From a virus (taxonomy: Duplodnaviria > Caudoviricetes): DNA of 26,142 nucleotides. The stretch spans positions 1-26,142 of IMG/VR virus record IMGVR_UViG_3300032237_000405. One strand, given 5' to 3'. The notes beneath the pieces were generated by a model. It saw only the letters and a program-made list of their open reading frames with translations, had not been told where the DNA came from and made no database searches. Position numbers and translations under genes: made by a program. Positions 17,199-25,463 of the stretch are shown here, in pieces (the first letter of the stretch is position 1; each line of letters begins with the position of its first letter).

Positions 17199-18693
17199 AA
17201 TAATAGTCAGAAAAAAAGACGAAGTACATGCAATAGTAGAATGTGAAAGACATATACTAAAGGAACTCTCAGAATACTTTACATTCTATGTTCCTGGATA
17301 TCAATTTACTCCTGCATTTAAAAAACGCATCTGGGATGGAAAAATAAGACTTCTTGACCTGAGAACAAATGTAATATATCTCGGTTTACTTTCTTATATT
17401 GAAACATTTGCAAATGAACGAGATTATGTAATTGAGTATGATGATCCAAGACCAGATTTAACAGAAGACTACTCCGTTGTCCTTGCTAAAAAATTTGCAA
17501 ATGAACTAAATATTCATGGACGCGGACAACCAATAGAAGTTCGTGACTATCAACTAAATTCGTTTGTCCATACTATGAGGCACAAGCGAGCATTATTATT
17601 ATCCCCTACAGCATCCGGTAAATCGTTGATGATATATCTTATTATACGTCAAATGATAGATTACAAAAACTACAAAGGGTTAATAATTGTTCCAACTACT
17701 TCTCTTGTTGAGCAACTATATTCCGATTTCGCGGATTATTCGTCTGCAAATGGTTTTGATGTTGAGGAAAACGTACACAAAGTATATCAAGGAAAAGATA
17801 AATATTCAAGTAAGAACTTAATCATTTCCACATGGCAGTCTCTCTATCAACTACCGAAGGAGTATTTTCAGCAGTTTGATTATATCATAGGAGACGAAGC
17901 ACATCTCTTCAAAGCACAATCTCTCACAACAATTATGACTGCATGTACCAATACAAAATATCGTATTGGACTTACAGGAACATTGGATGGGACAAAAACA
18001 CACAAACTCGTACTTGAAGGATTGTTTGGTCCAGTAGAGAAACTAATCACAACTAAGGAGTTAATCGATAACAAACAACTTGCAAATTTTCGTATTAAGT
18101 GTCTAGTGTTGAAACATGACGAAGAAATATGCAAAGAATTAAAATCTAAATCATATCAGGAAGAAATAGATTACATTGTCGGTTGTGATGCGAGAAATAA
18201 ATTCATAAAAAACTTAACATTGTCTTTAGGTAGGAATACCTTAGTTTTATTTCAATATGTTGACAAGCATGGTAAAATCCTGTATGATTTAATATCAAAT
18301 TCAAAAAATTTGAATAATCGTAAAGTATTTTTTGTGCATGGTGCAACTGATACTGACGACAGAGAAAACATTAGAAAAATAATGGAAAAAGAAAATGATG
18401 CTATAGTTGTTGCGTCATTTGGTACATTTAGTACAGGAATAAACATACGAAATTTGCACAATATTATATTTGCTTCACCCTCTAAAAGTAGAATTAGAAA
18501 TCTTCAAAGTATTGGTAGAGGACTCAGACAATCAGAAGGAAAAGAAATAGCAACACTATATGATATTGCTGATGATATCAGACTCGGAAAACATATGAAT
18601 TATACGTTAAAACATTTTGTTGAAAGAGTCAGAATATATAATGAAGAACATTTTCCTTACAAACTCTATAAGATAGGATTAAAAAATGCATAA
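17170..18693 (+). CDS. uvsW: SF2 DNA/RNA helicase UvsW
   Basis: WDGKIRL, Q-motif RDYQ, Walker A SPTASGKS, DEAH, and motif VI QSIGRGLR. Confidence 0.96.
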   Translation: MSDSSKVQDKIIVRKKDEVHAIVECERHILKELSEYFTFYVPGYQFTPAFKKRIWDGKIRLLDLRTNVIYLGLLSYIETFANERDYVIEYDDPRPDLTEDYSVVLAKKFANELNIHGRGQPIEVRDYQLNSFVHTMRHKRALLLSPTASGKSLMIYLIIRQMIDYKNYKGLIIVPTTSLVEQLYSDFADYSSANGFDVEENVHKVYQGKDKYSSKNLIISTWQSLYQLPKEYFQQFDYIIGDEAHLFKAQSLTTIMTACTNTKYRIGLTGTLDGTKTHKLVLEGLFGPVEKLITTKELIDNKQLANFRIKCLVLKHDEEICKELKSKSYQEEIDYIVGCDARNKFIKNLTLSLGRNTLVLFQYVDKHGKILYDLISNSKNLNNRKVFFVHGATDTDDRENIRKIMEKENDAIVVASFGTFSTGINIRNLHNIIFASPSKSRIRNLQSIGRGLRQSEGKEIATLYDIADDIRLGKHMNYTLKHFVERVRIYNEEHFPYKLYKIGLKNA

Positions 18694-19069
18694 CATAAAA
18701 ATGTTTAGACTAAAGACCGGAGACGACATCATTGCAGAAGTAATCAATGAGGACGGTTTTACTTATAGAATAAAAGAACCAATGGCAGTTGAAATGACTA
18801 CAGATCCAAAATCAGATAAAGATTATTGCAATATGTATGCTTGGTTACCTGACCAGATACTTGCAATAAATGAAGTAACATTAGATAGAAATGATATTCT
18901 ATTTGAAATGATTCCTAGTGAAGACTTCTTTGAATTTTACGAAAATCAACTTCATAAGTTGAGTGTACAAAACGAAATAAAAGATAAAGTTTCTAGTATG
19001 TCCGATACTGAATTACGTAACATGTTTCAATTGTTTCAACTAAATTCAGAACAACATAAACTACACTAA
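18686..19069 (+). CDS. Hypothetical protein between uvsW and gp55 (possible Sm-like fold)
   Basis: 127 aa, N-terminal IKMFRLKTGDDIIAEV and C-terminal KLH. I recall a similar gene at this position in environmental T4-like phages; the fold call is tentative. Confidence 0.6.
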   Translation: MHNIKMFRLKTGDDIIAEVINEDGFTYRIKEPMAVEMTTDPKSDKDYCNMYAWLPDQILAINEVTLDRNDILFEMIPSEDFFEFYENQLHKLSVQNEIKDKVSSMSDTELRNMFQLFQLNSEQHKLH

Positions 19070-19107
19070 GCTTGGAACCATTTATCAACATCAAACGGGA
19101 CATACTC

Positions 19108-19136
19108 AGTATATACCCATGTTAATCACTTGTCAA
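19108..19136 (-). promoter_or_regulatory. Antisense sigma70 promoter upstream of gp55
   Basis: On the minus strand: TTGACA (19136-19131), 17 nt, TATACT (19113-19108). Confidence 0.7.
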
Positions 19137-19155
19137 GAGGAAATTGTGAAATATT

Positions 19156-19701
19156 ATGGTAAAGATGAAGAAAACGCATTACGTAAACAACAAAGATTTT
19201 TTGAAGGTATTGGTAGAGTACAAAGAGAAGTGTAATCTGGCAAAGGAAAACAATAAACCAAAACCACCAATTCCAAATTATATAGGAGAGTGTTTCTTAA
19301 AGATTGCCGAAGGGTACTCTCACCGACCAAACTTTATCAATTATACCTATCGTGAAGAAATGGTATCCGATGGTATTGAAAATTGTTTAATGTACTTTGA
19401 AAATTTTGATCCAGCAAAATCCAGTAATCCATTTGCATACTTTACTCAAATCATACACTATGCTTTTCTTAGAAGAATAGATAAAGAAAAGAAACAATTA
19501 TACGTAAAATACAAGTCAACAGAGCAGATTGGTATTATGGATGAGTTTGAAATGCTTGAGTTTGATGACGGTACTTCTAGACAATTTGAACTTTACGATA
19601 ACATTTCAGAATTTATTCATACCTACGAAGAAAACAGACGAAACAAAAAGAAAAAGGCAAATAAGCCAAAAGGGCTTGAAAATTTCATTGAAAGCGAGTA
19701 A
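19156..19701 (+). CDS. gp55: Late-transcription sigma factor gp55 (start may be ATG 19165)
   Basis: HYVNNKDF, FINYTYREEMVSDGIENCL and NPFAYFTQI..AFLRRI.KEKKQ motifs. Confidence 0.95.
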   Translation: MVKMKKTHYVNNKDFLKVLVEYKEKCNLAKENNKPKPPIPNYIGECFLKIAEGYSHRPNFINYTYREEMVSDGIENCLMYFENFDPAKSSNPFAYFTQIIHYAFLRRIDKEKKQLYVKYKSTEQIGIMDEFEMLEFDDGTSRQFELYDNISEFIHTYEENRRNKKKKANKPKGLENFIESE

Positions 19702-19704
19702 GAT

Positions 19705-20565
19705 ATGAGAGTCATTGATAATTTTTTGTTTTCGAACGAGTTCGATATGCTTGAACTTAGATTGGAAACAATGTATGATAGTGTCGATACTTTTGTTATA
19801 GTTGAATCTGACCACACATTTACAAATACACCAAAAGAGTATAATTTAGAAAAAAACATAAACAGATATTCTAAGTGGGCAGATAAAATTGTTTATTTAA
19901 AAGTTAAAAGTCCTAAATATAATAGTGCATGGGATAATGAATTTTGGTCTAGAGACCAATTTAAATTGGCGTGGAATGACTTACAAACAGGTGACATTCT
20001 TTTAATATCAGATTGTGATGAAATAATAAGACCTGAATCTATTTCTTTTATAAGAAACAGTTCTTATGATTATTATGCTCTGATGTCTCCGATATTTAAT
20101 TTCAAGTTTAATTATTTGAATACGTCTAATGAATACACTGTATGGCCAGTTGCATATCGATATTATCCAGATGTTGATTACGTTCCCAGTGGAATGAGAA
20201 GAGTATCAAACGAAAGAGACTTGTTTAGGCATAGATTTGGAGAAGGAATATTATTGCATCATGCAGCATGGCATTTCAGTTCATTAGGCAATGATGAGTT
20301 TGTAAAAAATAAATTGAAAAGTTTTTCTCATACTGAGTTTAATACTTCAGAATATGTTGATAATGTCAATATTGATAAGCACATTATTGAAAATAAAAAT
20401 CATATAAATCAAAATTCTGGAAGTTGGAGAAGAGTAAAACTTGATGAGTATTTTCCAAAACCGATATTAGAAAATATCGAAAAGTATCGTAAATATATTT
20501 GTGAGGAAGACAATGCATCAGTAATTGATTACTATAATTATAATATATTGCAAGAAGAGGTATAA
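19705..20565 (+). CDS. Glycosyltransferase family 17-like (MGAT3/beta-1,4-GlcNAc-transferase-like)
   Basis: N-terminal F.FSNEFDMLELRL....DSVDTFVIVESDHTF, DxD motif ISDCDEI, and C-terminal WHFS...KLKSFSH. Confidence 0.8.
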   Translation: MRVIDNFLFSNEFDMLELRLETMYDSVDTFVIVESDHTFTNTPKEYNLEKNINRYSKWADKIVYLKVKSPKYNSAWDNEFWSRDQFKLAWNDLQTGDILLISDCDEIIRPESISFIRNSSYDYYALMSPIFNFKFNYLNTSNEYTVWPVAYRYYPDVDYVPSGMRRVSNERDLFRHRFGEGILLHHAAWHFSSLGNDEFVKNKLKSFSHTEFNTSEYVDNVNIDKHIIENKNHINQNSGSWRRVKLDEYFPKPILENIEKYRKYICEEDNASVIDYYNYNILQEEV

Positions 20566-20567
20566 AA

Positions 20568-21020
20568 ATGAAAACAGGATTTGTAGCATCTTGCTTTGAT
20601 TTGTTCCATGCTGGACACATCATGATGTTAAAAGAAGCAAAAACGCAATGCGATTGGTTAATTGTAGGACTTCAAACTGATCCCACTATAGACAGACCTA
20701 TTAAAAATAAACCTATCCAGTCTATTTTTGAAAGGTTTGTGCAACTCGATGCGTGTAAGTATGTTGACGAGATTGTTGTATATGCAACAGAAAAAGATTT
20801 GCAAGACCTTTTACTGTCATATAAAATAGATGTTCGTATTGTTGGTGAAGAATATAGAGACGTAGACTTTACTGGTAAAGAATTAGGTATACCAATTTAT
20901 TATAATAGTCGTAAACATAGTTTTAGTACAACTGAACTTAGACAAAGAGTAAGTCAAAAAGAAGGAGTGAAGATTGCAAATTTGCCTAATAACCGACCAG
21001 CACTTTGGGGCTCGCAATGA
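20568..21020 (+). CDS. tagD: Glycerol-3-phosphate cytidylyltransferase-like (HIGH nucleotidyltransferase)
   Basis: FDLFHAGH (HxGH), LIVGLQTDP, ER...L.ACKYVDEI and R.HSFSTTELR motifs. Confidence 0.8.
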   Translation: MKTGFVASCFDLFHAGHIMMLKEAKTQCDWLIVGLQTDPTIDRPIKNKPIQSIFERFVQLDACKYVDEIVVYATEKDLQDLLLSYKIDVRIVGEEYRDVDFTGKELGIPIYYNSRKHSFSTTELRQRVSQKEGVKIANLPNNRPALWGSQ

Positions 21021-22056
21021 TTCGGTCAATTTTTTAGAATATTATGAAAAGTTTTATCGGAACATATTTTTTCCGACACTAAAAGAAAGAAAAATAAAAA
21101 CCGTATTAATTCTTGGTGATACGTTTGACCGTAGAAAATATATTAATTTCTATTCGTTGAAACGTGCAAAAGAAATGTTTTTTGATATTCTTGCACAAGA
21201 AGATATACAAGTTCATATGCTTGCTGGGAATCATGACACATATTATAAGAACACAAACGAAGTAAATTCTGTTGATTTGCTTTTGCGTGAATATGATAAT
21301 ATCAATGTCATTGATTCTCCGCAAGTTATTCATCTTAATTATCAAAATGAATCAGATGATGTTTGTATGATTCCGTGGATGTGTCCTGAGAATTATACAC
21401 AATGTCTTGATGTCATGAAGCACACCAAAGCAACCATTTGTTGTGGTCATTTTGAGATTGAAGGATTCGCAATGTATCGTGGTAACCATTCAGAAGAAGG
21501 TTTGCCTCAAAATCTATTTCAAAAATTTGATATGACATTCTCTGGTCATTACCATCATAAATCAAATCAAGGCGGCATTCATTATCTAGGTAATCCATAT
21601 CACTTAACATGGCAAGACTATGGTGATCCGCGAGGTTTTCATATTCTTGATTTGAAGACTAGGAAACTTGATTTTGTTTTGAACCCATATGAAATGTTTA
21701 TTCGCGTTGTCTATGACGATAAGAAGAATGATATCACTACACTCGCAACACAAGAATTCTCTGAATATCAGAATAAGTACATCAAGGTTGTAGTTGTCAA
21801 TAAGACAAATCCATATCTGTTTGACGTATTCATTAATAATATCTATCAAGCAGGTCCAGCAGATGTTAGTATTGTTGAAGACTTTTCTGCCTTGACAGAA
21901 GGTGTGGATGATGATATAGTAGAACAGGCAGAGGATACTTTGACTATCCTAAATACGTTTGTTGATTCAATTGAACATGAAAACATTGACGGCAACAAAC
22001 TCAAAACCGTTCTAAAAGAACTTTACGTTGAAGCACTTAACCTAGAGCAAGCATGA
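20974..22056 (+). CDS. gp47: Recombination endonuclease subunit gp47 (Mre11/SbcD-like), TTG start
   Basis: Phosphoesterase motifs DQH, GD.FD, GNHD, GHF and GHYH; AGGAG SD 6 nt before the TTG. Confidence 0.95.
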   Translation: MQICLITDQHFGARNDSVNFLEYYEKFYRNIFFPTLKERKIKTVLILGDTFDRRKYINFYSLKRAKEMFFDILAQEDIQVHMLAGNHDTYYKNTNEVNSVDLLLREYDNINVIDSPQVIHLNYQNESDDVCMIPWMCPENYTQCLDVMKHTKATICCGHFEIEGFAMYRGNHSEEGLPQNLFQKFDMTFSGHYHHKSNQGGIHYLGNPYHLTWQDYGDPRGFHILDLKTRKLDFVLNPYEMFIRVVYDDKKNDITTLATQEFSEYQNKYIKVVVVNKTNPYLFDVFINNIYQAGPADVSIVEDFSALTEGVDDDIVEQAEDTLTILNTFVDSIEHENIDGNKLKTVLKELYVEALNLEQA

Positions 22057-23765
22057 TTACATTTGAAAAAGTAAGATGGAAGAACCTGCTCAGTACAGGT
22101 AATTTTTTTACTGAAATAAATTTAACACGTTCACCAAACACACTTATCATTGGTAATAACGGTTCAGGAAAGTCAACTATTCTTGATGCGTTGACCTTTG
22201 GTCTTTTTGGTAAACCTTATCGTAAGATTAACAAGCCACAACTTCTAAATTCAATCAATGGCAAAGACTGTCTTGTTGAAGTGGAATTTAGTATCGGCAA
22301 CAAAAACTATAAGGTCGTTCGTGGAATCAAACCTAATGTGTTTGAAATCTATGTTGACGGTAAGATGATTAATCAAGATGCAGCCTCCAGAGACTATCAA
22401 GAGGTCTTAGAGAAGAGCATTTTGAAATTGAACTATAAGTCATTCACTCAAATTGTTATTCTTGGTTCTGCATCATTTACACCATTCATGCAATTGTCTG
22501 CATCTGACCGTAGAGCAATTATTGAAGACCTTCTTGATATTCAGATTTTCTCGTCAATGAATACACTATTGAAACAAAAAGTCGTTCAGATTAAAGATGC
22601 GGCAATTCAATTGAAATATGACTTAGATTTGACTGAAGAAAAAATCAAGATGAAACTTCAGCATCTTGAGGAGAATGAAAAGAACAAAGAAGAAGAGATT
22701 ACGGTAAAACAAAAAGAGTTAAAAGAAAACGAAAGTCATATAATCGAACTTCAATCCGAAATTGAAACGATTCAAAAGACAATTGATGAGTTGATGCAAG
22801 ATATCTCTGATAAAACATCAGTTGAATCTAAAAACAAGAAACTGATTCAACTAGAATCAAAGATTGAAAATAATATTCAAAAAATTGAAAAAGATATTGA
22901 GTTCTATCACGACAACGATAACTGCCCTACCTGTAGACAGAATATTGAAGAAGAGTTCAAAGTAAACCAAATCAAAGAAAGAGAATCAAAAGTAGAAGAA
23001 CAGAAAAAAGGACTGGATCAAATAAAGGAAGAAATCAAAGTTATTGATGCTCGTATTGAAGAAATTATAAAAATAACTAAAGATATAAATCAACAAAATT
23101 CAGAAATCGTAAAACATAATTCTTCAATATTTGCTATCAACAAGTATATTACAAAACTAAATGATGAAATAAAAATTCTGTCTTTGAAAAAGATTAGTTC
23201 GGTTGATGAGGATGAACAACTGAAAGAGTTGAATCTAAAACTTGAGCAATTAAAAGACAAGCAAAAAGAACTCTCAAGTGAAAAACAATATTACGATTTT
23301 GCTACAAATTTATTAAAAGACACAGGAATAAAAACAAAAATTATCAAGCAATATTTGCCTATAATTAACAAGTTGATTAATAAATACTTGACCTCGATGG
23401 ACTCGTTTATTAATTTTAACTTGAATGAGAGTTTTGAAGAAACAATCAAATCTAGACATAGAGATGATTTCAGTTATCATAACTTCTCTGAAGGCGAGAA
23501 GATGCGTATTGACCTTGCAATTCTGTTCACATGGAGACAGATAGCAAAGTTAAAGAATAGCACAAATACAAATCTATTGATTCTCGATGAAGTTTTTGAT
23601 AGTAGTCTTGATGTTGGTGGTACAGAAGAATTTCTGAAGTTGATGTATGATATTGGAAATGATACAAATGTATTTGTTATCAGTCACAAGGGAGACCAGT
23701 TGTTCGATAAGTTCCGCTCGGTCATTCGTTTTGAAAAGAAAAATAATTTCAGTGGGATAGCATAA
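22053..23765 (+). CDS. gp46: Recombination ATPase subunit gp46 (Rad50/SbcC-like)
   Basis: Walker A GNNGSGKST, coiled coils around a CPTC zinc hook, signature FSEGE, Walker B LILDE, H-loop ISH. Confidence 0.96.
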   Translation: MITFEKVRWKNLLSTGNFFTEINLTRSPNTLIIGNNGSGKSTILDALTFGLFGKPYRKINKPQLLNSINGKDCLVEVEFSIGNKNYKVVRGIKPNVFEIYVDGKMINQDAASRDYQEVLEKSILKLNYKSFTQIVILGSASFTPFMQLSASDRRAIIEDLLDIQIFSSMNTLLKQKVVQIKDAAIQLKYDLDLTEEKIKMKLQHLEENEKNKEEEITVKQKELKENESHIIELQSEIETIQKTIDELMQDISDKTSVESKNKKLIQLESKIENNIQKIEKDIEFYHDNDNCPTCRQNIEEEFKVNQIKERESKVEEQKKGLDQIKEEIKVIDARIEEIIKITKDINQQNSEIVKHNSSIFAINKYITKLNDEIKILSLKKISSVDEDEQLKELNLKLEQLKDKQKELSSEKQYYDFATNLLKDTGIKTKIIKQYLPIINKLINKYLTSMDSFINFNLNESFEETIKSRHRDDFSYHNFSEGEKMRIDLAILFTWRQIAKLKNSTNTNLLILDEVFDSSLDVGGTEEFLKLMYDIGNDTNVFVISHKGDQLFDKFRSVIRFEKKNNFSGIA

Positions 23766-24373
23766 TGAATAATGAATATTTTGTTTTTGATACCAATGAT
23801 GCAGTAAAAGGAAAAATTGAAACCAAAAAACTCACTACTTTTAATTTAGTAGATGAGAACGATCCTATACTGAATCAAAAATTAGTAGATTTTGATTTTT
23901 TAAATCCACCATATAATGCAAATGAATTTGCGTCTTCATTAGTAGAAACATGTAAGTTGCACAAAGGTTTAGGTCTTTCTGCAAATCAATGTGGTTTCAA
24001 ATATCGAGTGTTTGTTATGGGAGACCCACTAGGCGACTACGTTGCATTTTTTAATCCAAGAATTATAGAACAGTCTGAAAATATGGCACATATGTCAGAA
24101 GGTTGTCTATCGTTTCCACAATTGTTCCTAAATATAACAAGACCTGAAACCATTTCGGTTGAGTATCAAGACTTTACTGGAGAAAAAAAGACAGCAACAT
24201 TTACTGGATTATCTGCTAGAGTATTTTTGCATGAATATGACCATATGGAAGGCATTACGTTCACCAAAAAAGCAAAACCTTTAGCACTACAGTCTGGAAT
24301 AAAGAAAAGAGAAAAACTCTATGGAAGATTCAGAAAAGCAACAAAAACCATGGCAACACGGGTACGAACTTGA
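23765..24373 (+). CDS. def: Peptide deformylase
   Basis: All three PDF motifs are present: GLGLSANQ, EGCLS and HEYDH. Confidence 0.93.
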   Translation: MNNEYFVFDTNDAVKGKIETKKLTTFNLVDENDPILNQKLVDFDFLNPPYNANEFASSLVETCKLHKGLGLSANQCGFKYRVFVMGDPLGDYVAFFNPRIIEQSENMAHMSEGCLSFPQLFLNITRPETISVEYQDFTGEKKTATFTGLSARVFLHEYDHMEGITFTKKAKPLALQSGIKKREKLYGRFRKATKTMATRVRT

Positions 24374-25463
24374 TTATCTCAAATCGTTAGAGAAGTTATA
24401 CGATGACTATAACAAATATAGTCTATCGCCTTTTACTGCATACAAGAAAAATAATATAGCACAGGACCTTCACGAAGGCAATATTGTCTTTGAGGATGAA
24501 GGTTCGTACACTTATCGCTTGACAAAAGTGAGAAGAACTATTACAATGTATCAAGATGTGGTAATAGGTACCAAAGAAAAAGACGATGTTGTAATTACCA
24601 ATCTTAGAGGTACAGATAAGTTTATATTGAATTTCTGTGAAGGTATACAAACAAATCAATCAAATGCAGTCTGGGTATTCATCTGGGAAGAAGACAATCA
24701 AACAAAGAGTATTATTGAAAAGTATTTTACCAAAGTAGGAAGCAAGATTACCTCTTTTGGTGAGGTTTTTGGTGTATACTTTAAAGATGCAAAAAATACG
24801 TTGTTCCCAAGAGAACAACCTAAAATTGATGATACACACAATGTTGCAATCACTAAGATTTGTGATGTGAGCAATGAATTGATTGAATCAATAAAGACTA
24901 AATTAGAATCTCTTAATATTGAATTTAAGAATCACTATAGTAATTATAACAAAGGCAAATCTTGGTCAGCAATATCACTAAGAGGATATACGCCAGATAT
25001 TATGCGTATAGAAAAACCTATTGAAATGAATGATAAATGGAAAGAGGAACACAAAAATGAACATTTTGAATTACAAGACACATATCTTCGAAAAGATTTT
25101 CCAGAAGTCGACCAACTCATCGAACGTTTTGGATTACAAGAAGTACATCGGATCCGTTTTATGTCTCTTACTCCTGGTGGTGGTGAACTCAGTAGACATA
25201 CTGACCAGGTCGACCCTGATTCAGGCGGTTCTATCGGTAAACTTGCTCGCTTGCATTTTCCTATTGTTACCAACGACAAAGTTGAATTTGTCGTATGGGA
25301 ACCAAACGGAAACAGAAAAGTAGTAAATATGAAAGTCGGTGAGTGTTGGTTTTTAGATACAAGAAAACCACATATGGTTGTAAACAACGGAACAGAAAAA
25401 AGAATACATCTTGTTATTGATGTAGTGACTAACGAAAAACTAAGAGAATATATTTTATCATGA
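24321..25463 (+). CDS. Two-domain protein: unknown (possibly GNAT-like) N-terminus plus aspartyl/asparaginyl beta-hydroxylase-type 2OG-Fe(II) dioxygenase
   Basis: C-terminal HTD...RLHFPIVTN...GECWFLDTRKPH.VVN.G...RIHLVID gives the HxD...H triad and the 2OG-binding Arg. The N-terminal ~180 aa are only weakly assignable. Confidence 0.75.
   Translation: MEDSEKQQKPWQHGYELDYLKSLEKLYDDYNKYSLSPFTAYKKNNIAQDLHEGNIVFEDEGSYTYRLTKVRRTITMYQDVVIGTKEKDDVVITNLRGTDKFILNFCEGIQTNQSNAVWVFIWEEDNQTKSIIEKYFTKVGSKITSFGEVFGVYFKDAKNTLFPREQPKIDDTHNVAITKICDVSNELIESIKTKLESLNIEFKNHYSNYNKGKSWSAISLRGYTPDIMRIEKPIEMNDKWKEEHKNEHFELQDTYLRKDFPEVDQLIERFGLQEVHRIRFMSLTPGGGELSRHTDQVDPDSGGSIGKLARLHFPIVTNDKVEFVVWEPNGNRKVVNMKVGECWFLDTRKPHMVVNNGTEKRIHLVIDVVTNEKLREYILS

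Noticed and set aside
20967-20990. Slippery-like heptamer A AAT TTG and a 'VKIA' (gp47-like start) in the TagD frame, suggesting a TagD-gp47 frameshift fusion
   Set aside because: A -1 shift reaches a stop almost immediately (AAA TTT GCC TAA). gp47 is in the +1 frame and has its own AGGAG-TTG start.
5322-23765. Introns, inteins or homing endonucleases in core genes (gp17, gp20, gp23, uvsW, gp46, gp47)
   Set aside because: All are uninterrupted and of ordinary length, with no intein or HNH/GIY-YIG/LAGLIDADG motifs seen.
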